A DNA stretch of 64,000 nt from Alphaproteobacteria bacterium (lineage in GTDB: Bacteria > Pseudomonadota > Alphaproteobacteria > Puniceispirillales > Puniceispirillaceae), in NCBI GenBank assembly GCA_009920665.1, contig RFZL01000004.1:2776-66775 (forward strand). The letters run 5' to 3'. The position numbers were made by a program, and so were the translations under genes. Below are positions 47,751 to 56,607 of the stretch, one piece after another. Every line of letters begins with the position of its first letter. Within the stretch, counting starts at the first letter, position 1. The notes under the pieces are model-generated. The model was not told where the DNA came from and did no database searches. It saw only the letters and a program-made list of their open reading frames with translations.

Positions 47751-48160
47751 GATTTCTCGGCAGGTGCCTCTTCGGCCGGCGCTTCGTCAGCGGCAGCCTC
47801 TTCAGCCGGCGCCTCTTCAGCCGGCGCCTCTTCGGCGGGTGCCTCTTCGGCCGGCGCCTCGTCAGCGGCAGCCTCTTCGGCCGGCGCCTCGTCAGCGGCA
47901 GCCTCTTCGGCCGGCGCCTCTTCAGCGGCCAGCATCTTGTGCACACGCTCGGTCGGCTGTGCCCCCTGGCCAAGCCAGTGGGTGATCCGCTCGGCGTTCA
48001 GCGTGACGCGCTGTTCATGATCCTTCGGTACCATCGGGTTGTAGGTGCCGACACGCTCGACATAACGCCCGTCACGCGGCGCCGAAGCCTCGGCCACGAC
48101 AATCCGGTAGAAGGGGCGTTTTTTCGCGCCACCACGGGCAAGTCTGATTTTCAAAGCCAT
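47747..48160 (-). CDS. rpsP: 30S ribosomal protein S16 with about 55-aa acidic Ala/Glu/Pro repeat tail
   Basis: [24 protein letters not shown]...RDGR..E.VG.YNP is canonical S16. The tail is [60 protein letters not shown]. Confidence 0.93.
   Translation of the reverse strand: MALKIRLARGGAKKRPFYRIVVAEASAPRDGRYVERVGTYNPMVPKDHEQRVTLNAERITHWLGQGAQPTERVHKMLAAEEAPAEEAAADEAPAEEAAADEAPAEEAPAEEAPAEEAPAEEAAADEAPAEEAPAEKS
47763..47927. repeat. 15/30-nt in-frame tandem repeats encoding the S16 tail
   Basis: An exact 30-nt unit gcctcttcggccggcgcctcgtcagcggca occurs at 47841-47870 and 47871-47900, with a 20-nt partial at 47901-47920. Flanking 15-nt gcctcttc(g/a)gccggc units are also present. Confidence 0.95.
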
Positions 48161-48207
48161 GATTATTGGTCCTTTCGCAACGATTTATGGCTGTTCATTC
48201 TGGATAT

Positions 48208-49683
48208 TCACTTCTTTTTGCCGGACGGCTTGCCACCAAGGCCGGGCAGTCCCCCGCCAAGGCCGGGCAAGCCACCCTTCAAACCTCCGAGAAGCCCTCC
48301 CGGCATTCCACCGGGCATTCCACCTCCAGGCATGCCGCCGGGCATGCCGCCGCCCATCAGGGCCTTCATGGCGGCAGCGCCGGTCTTGCCCCCCATCTTC
48401 TTCATCATCCGCGCCATTTCCTGATACTGCTTGACCAGCCGGTTCACCTCCTGAACCGAGGTGCCGGACCCGGCGGCGATACGTTTGCGGCGCGAGGCGT
48501 TGAGAAGCCCCACTGAAATGCGTTCCTTCTTCGTCATCGACAGGATGATGGCTTCCTGGCGGCGGATCATCGAATCGTCGATCCCGGCGGCGGCGATCTG
48601 CTTCTGCATCTTGCCGAGGCCTGGCAGCATGCCCATGATCCCGCCAAGACCGCCCATCTTCTGAAGCTGGCGTAGCTGGCTGAGAAAATCATTCATGTCG
48701 AACTGGCCCTTGGCCATCCGTTTGGCCAGCCGCTCGGCCTCTTCAACCTCGATTGTCTCGGCGGCCTTTTCGACAAGCGCGACGACGTCGCCCATATCCA
48801 GGATGCGGCCGGCCATCCGCGCCGGATCGAATTCCTCCAGCGCGTCCTGCTTTTCGCCGACACCGACAAGCTTGATCGGGCAGCCGGTGATCTCGCGCAT
48901 CGACAAGGCCGCGCCGCCGCGCGCATCACCGTCAAGACGGGTCAGCACGATGCCGGTGATATCAACAGCCTCCTTGAAGGCCGTTGCCGTGGCCACCGCG
49001 TCCTGACCGGTCATCGCGTCGGCGACAAGCAACACCTCATGCGGATTGGTGAGCGCCCTGACCTCGCGAAGCTCGGCCATCAGACCTTCATCGATCGTGA
49101 CCCGTCCCGCGGTATCGAGGATCAGCACATCGAAGCCCTGAAGCTGCGCCGCCTGCAGCGCCCGTTTGGCAATCTGCGCGGGGGATTCGCGATCCGCCTC
49201 GGGCAGCACGCCAACCTCGGCCTGCTCGCCAAGAATGCGAAGCTGTTCGCGTGCCGCCGGGCGCGTCACGTCGAGCGAGGCCAGCATGACCTTCTTGCGC
49301 TCGCGCGAGCGCAGGCGTAGCGCCAGCTTGCCGGCGGTGGTGGTCTTGCCCGAGCCCTGAAGGCCGGCCATCAGGATCACCGCCGGCGGATTCACGGCGA
49401 TGTTCAGCGGTGCCGGCTCGCTGCCCAGCACCTCGACCAGCGCGTCATTGACGATCTTGATGACCTGCTGGTCGGGCCGCACCGATTTCAGCACATCGCT
49501 GCCAACCGCCTGCTCGCGCACCTTGGCGATGAAACTCTTTACAACCGGCAGGGCGACATCGGCATCGAGCAGCGCAAGCCGGACCTCGCGCAGCGCGGCA
49601 TCGACATCCGATTCGCGCAGTGCGCCGCGCTTGCCAAGGGCGCTGAAAACGTCCTGCAGCTTGTCCTTCAGACTGTCAAACAT
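48208..49683 (-). CDS. ffh: signal recognition particle protein Ffh
   Basis: MFDSL.DKLQ..F..L...G.L.E.DV......GLQGSGKTTT.GKLA...DTAGR...M domain...and a Gly/Met/Pro repeat tail (GGGMPGGMPGGGMPGGMPGG...GKKK). The start is chosen at MFDSL (49683). Confidence 0.95.
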   Translation of the reverse strand: MFDSLKDKLQDVFSALGKRGALRESDVDAALREVRLALLDADVALPVVKSFIAKVREQAVGSDVLKSVRPDQQVIKIVNDALVEVLGSEPAPLNIAVNPPAVILMAGLQGSGKTTTAGKLALRLRSRERKKVMLASLDVTRPAAREQLRILGEQAEVGVLPEADRESPAQIAKRALQAAQLQGFDVLILDTAGRVTIDEGLMAELREVRALTNPHEVLLVADAMTGQDAVATATAFKEAVDITGIVLTRLDGDARGGAALSMREITGCPIKLVGVGEKQDALEEFDPARMAGRILDMGDVVALVEKAAETIEVEEAERLAKRMAKGQFDMNDFLSQLRQLQKMGGLGGIMGMLPGLGKMQKQIAAAGIDDSMIRRQEAIILSMTKKERISVGLLNASRRKRIAAGSGTSVQEVNRLVKQYQEMARMMKKMGGKTGAAAMKALMGGGMPGGMPGGGMPGGMPGGLLGGLKGGLPGLGGGLPGLGGKPSGKKK

Positions 49684-49883
49684 GGCGCATGCCCTGTTGT
49701 TGTTGATCCTGCACCGGCCAGTGACCGGCATCTGCCCTGCCCATCACGTCATGCCGCATGCGCCTGTGGCATCCGTGCTCGAAAACTTCAAGGACGGACG
49801 GAACCCGCGAGGGTCTGGCAGCCAGCGATGGCGTGATGTGGGTGTGTGTTGCGCTTTTTCAGCAGAATTGTCAAGAATGGGGG

Positions 49884-50669
49884 ATGTTTTTCACAGTCTC
49901 GAAACTTCTCGCCATATTGGTCGAGCCGCTGGTCTGGCCCTATCTGCTGCTGGTGCTGGCGCTGATCATGCGTTGGCGTCGACGGCGGCGGATCATGAAG
50001 AGCTGCGTCGGCGCGGCGTTGCTGCTGCCACTGCTCTATGGCTTCCTGCCGCTGTCAACGGCACCGCTGCGATATCTGGAGGACCGTCACGACATCCCGG
50101 CCCTGACCGGCCCGCCGGTTGACGGGGTGATCGTTCTTGGCGGCCATACTGCATGGGGCGAGATCTCGCAGAGCCGGGACCAGCCGCAGCAGACCCGCGC
50201 TGCGGACAGGCTGACAAAGGGGCTGATGCTGCATCGCCTGAACCCGGGCAGCACGCTGCTGTTCACCGGCTATGACGGCAGGCTGGCACCGAGCGGCTGG
50301 AGCGAGGCCGAAACCGTCCGCCGGCTGATTGCCGAGCTTGGCGTTGCGGATGACGACATCATCTATGAATCCACCAGCCGCAACACCTATCAGAACGCCG
50401 TCAACAGCCTGACGGTGGCGGTGCCGCAGCCGGGGTCGCGCTGGCTGCTCGTCACCTCGGCGGCGCATATGCCGCGCGCAATGGGGTCCTTCGCCGCCGC
50501 CGGATGGGAGAACATCATTCCCTATCCGGTGGATTTCCAGACCGGCACAACATCAGCCTCTGTCTATGATATGGGGGTGGGGACAGCGAGTGTACGGATA
50601 TGGGTAAAGGAATATGTCGGACTGGCGGCCTACTGGCTGGCCGGCCGGAGTGCGACACTGTTTCCCTGA
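49884..50669 (+). CDS. DUF218 / YdcF family membrane protein (second paralogue in window)
   Basis: MFFTVSKLLAILVEPLVWPYLLLVLALI (TM)...GVIVLGG...LLFTG......NTYQNA...WLLVTSAAHMPRA is the same architecture as 1559-2230. Confidence 0.75.
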   Translation: MFFTVSKLLAILVEPLVWPYLLLVLALIMRWRRRRRIMKSCVGAALLLPLLYGFLPLSTAPLRYLEDRHDIPALTGPPVDGVIVLGGHTAWGEISQSRDQPQQTRAADRLTKGLMLHRLNPGSTLLFTGYDGRLAPSGWSEAETVRRLIAELGVADDDIIYESTSRNTYQNAVNSLTVAVPQPGSRWLLVTSAAHMPRAMGSFAAAGWENIIPYPVDFQTGTTSASVYDMGVGTASVRIWVKEYVGLAAYWLAGRSATLFP

Positions 50670-50683
50670 CCACAAATCCGCAA

Positions 50684-51607
50684 TCACGTCTCGCTCGACA
50701 CGCCGGCAAGGGCGTTGGCAAAGTCACGCGCCTCGAAAGGCTGCAGATCATCGGCGCCCTCGCCAACCCCGACAGCATGCACGGGAAGCTGGAACTTTTC
50801 GGCAAGCGCGATCACCACCCCGCCCTTCGCCGAGCCGTCAAGCTTGGTGACGATCAGCCCGCTGACATCGGCAATGTCCTGAAAGGCGCTGACCTGGGAC
50901 AGGGCATTCTGGCCGACCGTACCGTCGAGAACGATCACCGAATCATGCGGCGCGGTTTCGTCCAGCTTGCGGATCACCCGTACGATCTTCGCCAGCTCGT
51001 CCATCAGTTCGGTGCGGTTCTGCAACCTGCCGGCGGTGTCGATGATCAGGATATCGGTGTCCTGCGCGCGCGCCTGTTCCAGCGCCTGATAGGCCAGCGC
51101 GGCGGCATCACCGCCCTGCGTGCCGGCGATCACCTCGGTGCCGGTGCGCTCTCCCCAGATCTGCAGCTGTTCGATGGCGGCGGCGCGGAACGTGTCTCCG
51201 GCGGCCAGCATCACCGACTTGCCTTCCCGGCGCCATTGCTGGGCCAGCTTGCCGGCCGTCGTGGTCTTTCCCGACCCGTTGACACCGACAAGAAGCACCA
51301 CATGCGGCCGGTTGCCGGGCTGCGGGACAAGCGGTGCCGCCACCGGTTCGAGAATTTCGGTGATCCCGTCCGCCAGTGCCGCAGCCAGCGCCTGCGCCGT
51401 CACCTCGCCATCGAATTTGTGACGGCGCACCCGTTCAGCCAGCCGCGCTGCTGCCGCCGTGCCAAGATCGGCGCTGATCAGCGCGTCCTCCACCTCCTCG
51501 ATCGAGGCCGCATCAATCGACGAGCGACCAAGAAGCGACGACAGTGACGATGTCACCCTGGCGCTGGTCTTGCTCAGCCCCGAGGTCAGTTTTTTCAACC
51601 AGCTCAT
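50684..51607 (-). CDS. ftsY: signal recognition particle receptor FtsY (short form)
   Basis: ...LL.ADLG...........VVLLVGVNGSGKTTT.GKLA...AAGDTFRAAA.EQL..W......IIDTAGRL.....LM.EL. Confidence 0.95.
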   Translation of the reverse strand: MSWLKKLTSGLSKTSARVTSSLSSLLGRSSIDAASIEEVEDALISADLGTAAAARLAERVRRHKFDGEVTAQALAAALADGITEILEPVAAPLVPQPGNRPHVVLLVGVNGSGKTTTAGKLAQQWRREGKSVMLAAGDTFRAAAIEQLQIWGERTGTEVIAGTQGGDAAALAYQALEQARAQDTDILIIDTAGRLQNRTELMDELAKIVRVIRKLDETAPHDSVIVLDGTVGQNALSQVSAFQDIADVSGLIVTKLDGSAKGGVVIALAEKFQLPVHAVGVGEGADDLQPFEARDFANALAGVSSET

Positions 51608-51608
51608 G

Positions 51609-52871
51609 TTACCGTCTTACCACCTTGAGATGCTGCCCGTCACGTGCAAGCACCGTCACATCGAGAAGTTGCCCCGGCGATGCCATCTCGCCCTCAAGCC
51701 GCATCCTGGCAAAATTCCGCCCATGGCCGGCATTGCCCGATTCCACGAGAATCTGGTCATGGCTTCCCGCCGCATTGTCGAGAAATCTGTCAAGCCGCTG
51801 CCCGCCATGCGCGCGCAGGGCGTTGGCCCGCTGCCGGATCAGCTTGCCATCAAGCTGCGGCATGCGCGCCGCCGGCGTGCCGGCGCGTGGCGAAAACGGG
51901 AATACGTGAAGATAGGTCAGGCCGGCCCGGTCGATCAGGCGCAGTGTGGCGTCATGCGCCGCTTCGCCCTCGGTCGGAAAGCCGGCGATCAGGTCGGCGC
52001 CGAACACCACATCCGGCCGCCGCCGCCGCGCCTCGTCGCAGAACCGTACCACGTCGCGCGCCAGATGCCGCCGCTTCATCCGTTTCAGGATTGTGTCATC
52101 CCCATGCTGCGCCGACAGATGCAGATGCGGCATCAGCCGCGGTTCGGCCGCCAGCACGTCCATCAGCTGCGAGTCGGGCTCGGCCGGGTCGATCGAGGAC
52201 AGGCGAAGCCGTTGCAGGCGCGGTAGCGCGCGCAGGATCTCGCGAACCAGCTCACCAAGGCGCGGACGGCCCGGCAGATCGCTTCCCCAGGAGGTGATAT
52301 CGACACCGGTCAGCACGATCTCGGCGCAGCCGCCATCGACAAGACGGCCCGCCGCCTCGAGGATCTGGCCAAGCCCGGCCGAACGGTTATTGCCGCGGCC
52401 ATAGGGGATGATGCAGAAGGTGCAGCGATGATCGCATCCCTGCTGGATCTGCAGAAATCCACGTGTATGCGCACTGAAAGCGTCAAGCATGTGCGTCGCC
52501 GTCTCGCGCACCTGCATGACATCGCTGACGATGATTGCCTCACCGCCTGCCGCCAGCGACTGCCAGACCGGCGCCGTCAGCTTGTCATGATTGCCGACAA
52601 CATGATCGACCTCGGGCATGGCATCCCATGTGTCGGGGGCGATCTGGGCGGCGCAGCCGGTGACGATGATCCGCGCCGCCGGGTCGTCGCGGCGCGCCCG
52701 CCGGATGGCCTGGCGTGCCTGGCGTTCGGCCTCGGCCGTCACCGCGCAGGTGTTGAAGATGATGGCGTCATTTATCCCGGCTGATGCCGCCTGGTCACGC
52801 ACCACCTCGGATTCCCAGATATTCAGCCGGCAGCCGAAGGTTTCGACCCGCGGCGCGTTACGTTGCGCCAT
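51609..52871 (-). CDS. mtaB: radical-SAM methylthiotransferase, MtaB-like
   Basis: The N-terminal UPF0004 domain VETFGCRLNIWESE...FNTCAVT, the radical SAM CxxxCxxC motif (GCDHRCTFCIIPYGRG), and a C-terminal TRAM-like region. The MtaB call over MiaB/RimO rests on the GCRLN motif and the dapF-ftsY context. Confidence 0.8.
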   Translation of the reverse strand: MAQRNAPRVETFGCRLNIWESEVVRDQAASAGINDAIIFNTCAVTAEAERQARQAIRRARRDDPAARIIVTGCAAQIAPDTWDAMPEVDHVVGNHDKLTAPVWQSLAAGGEAIIVSDVMQVRETATHMLDAFSAHTRGFLQIQQGCDHRCTFCIIPYGRGNNRSAGLGQILEAAGRLVDGGCAEIVLTGVDITSWGSDLPGRPRLGELVREILRALPRLQRLRLSSIDPAEPDSQLMDVLAAEPRLMPHLHLSAQHGDDTILKRMKRRHLARDVVRFCDEARRRRPDVVFGADLIAGFPTEGEAAHDATLRLIDRAGLTYLHVFPFSPRAGTPAARMPQLDGKLIRQRANALRAHGGQRLDRFLDNAAGSHDQILVESGNAGHGRNFARMRLEGEMASPGQLLDVTVLARDGQHLKVVRR

Positions 52872-53742
52872 CGATCCTCTCCAGCCGTGATGTCTCCAGA
52901 AGGGCGTCCAGTTCGGGTGACAAAGTGCCCTGACAGACATACGTCACCGGCCCGGTCATCGTGACATGGCGGCTGGCCTCGTCCCAGTCGATCTGAACAG
53001 CGCCGCCATCCATGACGATCCGGTTGCGTCGTGGCCCCAGGCCACGCCGGACGATCGCCACGCCGACCGCACAGGCACCGCTGCCGCAGGCCATGGTGAT
53101 CCCGACACCGCGTTCCCAGACCCGCATCCTGAAGGCGCCCTTGTCAATCCGGCTGACAACCGACAGATTGACCCGGTCCGGAAACAGTGCGTCATGTTCG
53201 ACAAGCGGCCCCAGACGCCGAAGATCAACCGCCTCGGCATCATCGACAAAGACAACAGCGTGCGGGTTGCCAAGCGAATGGCAGACAGCATCGCCAAGCC
53301 CGTCAAGGCCAAGCGGCACCTGCAGCGTATCGACCTCACGCGCCAGTGGCACCTCGCGCCAGCCAGTGGCCGCCGGGCCCATATCGACGGCAATCTGGTC
53401 GCCACCGTCGAACCGCGCGCGAAGATGGCCGCCATCGGTTTCGATGCTGAGCTCATCGCGGCCGGTCTGCCGCATCACATAATCGGCGACGCAGCGCGTG
53501 CCATTGCCGCATGCGCCCGATGAGGATCCGTCATGGTTCAGGATGTCCATGCGAATATCGGCGGTCCCCGACTCGCGGATGACAAGAATCTGGTCGCAGC
53601 CAATCCCCAGGCGGCGGTCGGCAAGCACCCGCGCCGCGGTTGCGCCGATCAGCATCGGGCCGCCGTCACGCCAACCACCATCCCGCCAGTCGAAAATGAT
53701 GAAATCATTCCCGAGACCGTGCATTTTCAGAAATTCCGTCAT
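52858..53742 (-). CDS. dapF: diaminopimelate epimerase
   Basis: F.KMHGLGNDFIIFD......G.GCDQ...[15 protein letters not shown] (Cys 1)...ACGSGACA (Cys 2). The start is chosen at MTEFLKMHG. Confidence 0.93.
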   Translation of the reverse strand: MTEFLKMHGLGNDFIIFDWRDGGWRDGGPMLIGATAARVLADRRLGIGCDQILVIRESGTADIRMDILNHDGSSSGACGNGTRCVADYVMRQTGRDELSIETDGGHLRARFDGGDQIAVDMGPAATGWREVPLAREVDTLQVPLGLDGLGDAVCHSLGNPHAVVFVDDAEAVDLRRLGPLVEHDALFPDRVNLSVVSRIDKGAFRMRVWERGVGITMACGSGACAVGVAIVRRGLGPRRNRIVMDGGAVQIDWDEASRHVTMTGPVTYVCQGTLSPELDALLETSRLERIDGAT

Positions 53743-53788
53743 GGCCAGCCTATACGCCAAATTACGGCGAATGAAAAGCGGTGCGGAG

Positions 53789-54574
53789 CTAAAGCTCGAT
53801 CACCGTCGGCACATGGTCCGACGGCTTTTCCACGCCCCGCAGATGCCGCTCGATCGATACCGACCGGATGCTGTCCGCCAGATCATGACTTGTCCAGACA
53901 TGGTCGAGACGGCGCCCGCGATCACTCGCCGCCCAGTCACGGGCACGATAGGACCACCAGGAATAGAGTATCTCCTCAGGTCCGAAATGCGACCGGACGA
54001 CGTCATGCCACCCGCCATCCTCGATCAGGCGCAGCAGCCCCTCGCGCTCGACCGGCGTATGGCTGACAACGTTGCGGAGCTGCCTTGTCGACCAGACATC
54101 CTCGGCCAGCGGCGCGATATTGAGATCGCCAACCAGAATGGCGTTCTGCGGGTTGTTGGCGGCGAAATGCCCGGTCATCTCGGAAATGAAATCCAGCTTG
54201 TGGCCAAATTTCGGGTTCGCCTCGCGATCCGGCACATCACCGCCCGCCGGAACATAGAAATTATGCACCAGCGGCCCATCATCGATCCGCGCCGAGATAT
54301 GGCGGCAATCGCCACGCCCGGCCCAGTCCATATGGCCCGGCTCCGACAGTGGCAGGCGCGAGATGATGGCCACTCCATTATAGCTTTTCTCGCCCCGATA
54401 GGCGTGATGCGCCCAGCCGGCCTCGGCCAGTGCCGCCGCCGGGAAATGCGCATCCTCGGTCTTCGTTTCCTGAAGGCACAGCACGTCGATGTCGGCGGCG
54501 CGCAGGAAGTCTGTTACCAGATTGATCCGCAAACGCACCGAATTGATGTTCCAGGTTGCTAAACGCATGGCCAC
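53789..54574 (-). CDS. xthA: exodeoxyribonuclease III
   Basis: MRLATWNINS.R.R......D.LCLQE.K...F.........NGVAI........GD.NI......W.........R.D......SDH.P is the EEP nuclease signature. Confidence 0.92.
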   Translation of the reverse strand: MAMRLATWNINSVRLRINLVTDFLRAADIDVLCLQETKTEDAHFPAAALAEAGWAHHAYRGEKSYNGVAIISRLPLSEPGHMDWAGRGDCRHISARIDDGPLVHNFYVPAGGDVPDREANPKFGHKLDFISEMTGHFAANNPQNAILVGDLNIAPLAEDVWSTRQLRNVVSHTPVEREGLLRLIEDGGWHDVVRSHFGPEEILYSWWSYRARDWAASDRGRRLDHVWTSHDLADSIRSVSIERHLRGVEKPSDHVPTVIEL

Positions 54575-54730
54575 ATTTTCCGAGGGTTGATAAGATAGAA
54601 TTGTGATTGATTACGGTTGCGCTAGCAATTTATGGACCAGCCATCACATCATCACCAAGCGTTTCAGCCTCGTTTCTTTCTAGATGAAACTAGCTGATAA
54701 TGTAATTGCGTATCCCTTTACATCCTATGG

Positions 54731-56593
54731 GTGGTTGTCGTGTCTTTCAATCTGGAGAGCAAGCTTAAAAAGGCCAAGAAGGCGTTTGCAGGCAAACATT
54801 TTTCAGACGCCAGAGAACTATACAGACAAGCACTCGAAAAATTTCCACAAAATGCCCACGCCCGGAAGGGGTATCTGCTTAGCCGGTCAGCAATTGCTGA
54901 TAGCAATTTTGCCGCCACCCATCCACCAATGCAAGATCTTGAGCATATTGGCAAGCTGCTAAGCCGGGGAGAGGCTACGGAGGCGGCAAAACAGGCTTAC
55001 AATCTGGCATCGCGGTTTCCCAACGCACACTTCCTGTTGAACCTTCTCGGGGTTGCCGCAACAAACATCGGACATGAGGAAAATGCGATAAAGGCATTCA
55101 CGCGGGCCGTTCACCTCAAACCGAACTACCTGGAAGCGCGGGCCAATCTTGCGAACCGGATGATGGCGCAATCTCAGTTCGAGGAGGCGCTTCAGATTGT
55201 TGACGGAAGCCTGCAGTTCACACCTGATGATGCCATAAATCTTAATGCCATGGCCGTGTGCTTGATCCGCCTTAACCGATTTGAAGAGGCGCTCAAGGCA
55301 GGTCGCAAGGCGGTCGACGCCAATCCAGAGAACGCAGAGGCACATAATAATCTCGGCATTTGTTACCGACGCCTTGAAAGGTGGGAAGACGCCTCTCTGT
55401 GTTATCACCGAGCTCTCGAGATCAATCCTGGATTCACCAATGCCCTGAATAATCTTGGTCTGGTTCTGGTAAAGCAGGGGAGAGCCCCGGAAGGAATCGA
55501 TCTATACAAGCGCAGTCTGGACCTGAATGGAACGTCGGCATCCACGCATGACAATTTGGGGCTGGCCTACCTGTCTCTCGGACAGTTTGACGACGCCATC
55601 CGGCATTTTGACGCCGCGATGGAGATTGGCGCAAACATGGTCGATGCCAGTTTCAACAAGTTCGTTGCGCTTGCATTGAAAAATAAGTTGCACCTTGCCT
55701 GGCCATACGCCGAATGTCGTTTCGATTCCCGCCGGTCTGTTCCTGTTGATTATCGCTACAAGGGCGAAGCACCGAAATGGGACGGAAAGACGCCTCTGCA
55801 AGGAAAAACACTCCTGGTTCATGCCGAGCAGGGCTTTGGCGATACGCTTATGTTCTTTCGATATCTGGAACATCTTACACCGTTGGCAGACACCGTGCTG
55901 CTTGCAGTGCAGCAACCACTGGAATCGCTGCTTGCGCGGCAATCAGTCGATTTCAAGGTCACTTCACTGGAAAAAATGTCTGTTGGTGAAGACGGAGCGA
56001 TAGATTTTCAGTGCCCGATGATGAGCCTGCCCTACCTTCTGGGCAAGAACCTGGCGCCGTCCGAAGCACCAGAGCCATATCTCACAGTGCCTTCGCAGAT
56101 CACGTCCATATGGCACAAACGTCTTGGACCCGCGGAGAGGCCGCGCGTCGGATTTGCCTTTCGGGGCAATCCGGACCATCAAAATAACAAGAATCGGAGC
56201 ATGGATCTGAAGACGTTGCTCACAGCGTTGCCGGATGGAGCGGATTACCATTTTCTTGGTATCGACCTGAGCCAAGACGAGCTGGACCTGTTTGCAACCC
56301 GTTCCAACCTGCATTCTCATACCGAATTTCTACATGATTTCAGTGAAACAGCAGGTCTCGTTTCGCTAATGGATCACGTGGTGACAGTCGATACCTCGGT
56401 CGCCCATCTTGCCGGCGCGCTCGGTATCAAAACAAGCTTACTCCTTGCTTTTATACCGGACTGGCGATGGGGCGCGGACGTTCGACAAAGCAACTGGTAC
56501 CGGTCGGTCAGCCTTTTCCGGCAGGAAACACCCGGGGACTGGGCGACACCCGCGGCCGAAGTGGCCTCACTCCTGCGCGGTTCCTTCGGATAG
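54731..56593 (+). CDS. TPR-repeat protein fused to GT9-like (heptosyltransferase-fold) glycosyltransferase domain; acceptor unknown
   Basis: 620-aa ORF in a low-GC segment. The N-terminal half is TPR units (e.g. AEAHNNLGICYRRLERWEDASLCYHRALEINPGF). The C-terminal half carries GKTLLVHAEQGFGDTLMFFRY ... VDTSVAHLAGALGIKT...PDWRWG...WYRSVSLFRQ..GDW. It starts at GTG with no clear SD. Confidence 0.75.
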   Translation: MVVVSFNLESKLKKAKKAFAGKHFSDARELYRQALEKFPQNAHARKGYLLSRSAIADSNFAATHPPMQDLEHIGKLLSRGEATEAAKQAYNLASRFPNAHFLLNLLGVAATNIGHEENAIKAFTRAVHLKPNYLEARANLANRMMAQSQFEEALQIVDGSLQFTPDDAINLNAMAVCLIRLNRFEEALKAGRKAVDANPENAEAHNNLGICYRRLERWEDASLCYHRALEINPGFTNALNNLGLVLVKQGRAPEGIDLYKRSLDLNGTSASTHDNLGLAYLSLGQFDDAIRHFDAAMEIGANMVDASFNKFVALALKNKLHLAWPYAECRFDSRRSVPVDYRYKGEAPKWDGKTPLQGKTLLVHAEQGFGDTLMFFRYLEHLTPLADTVLLAVQQPLESLLARQSVDFKVTSLEKMSVGEDGAIDFQCPMMSLPYLLGKNLAPSEAPEPYLTVPSQITSIWHKRLGPAERPRVGFAFRGNPDHQNNKNRSMDLKTLLTALPDGADYHFLGIDLSQDELDLFATRSNLHSHTEFLHDFSETAGLVSLMDHVVTVDTSVAHLAGALGIKTSLLLAFIPDWRWGADVRQSNWYRSVSLFRQETPGDWATPAAEVASLLRGSFG

Positions 56594-56607
56594 GCGCATT
56601 TCCAGCG

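Noticed and set aside
47031-48020. A plus-strand ORF encoding [15 protein letters not shown] repeats.
   Set aside because: It is the mirror image of the S16 AEEAP repeat array. The minus strand encodes canonical RimM and S16, so this is an artefact of the repeat.
54575-56607. The low-GC segment as a classical genomic island, prophage remnant or IS element.
   Set aside because: It holds only one gene and has no integrase or transposase, no inverted or direct terminal repeats that I can see, and no tRNA target. It is kept as a finding only as a compositional single-gene insertion.
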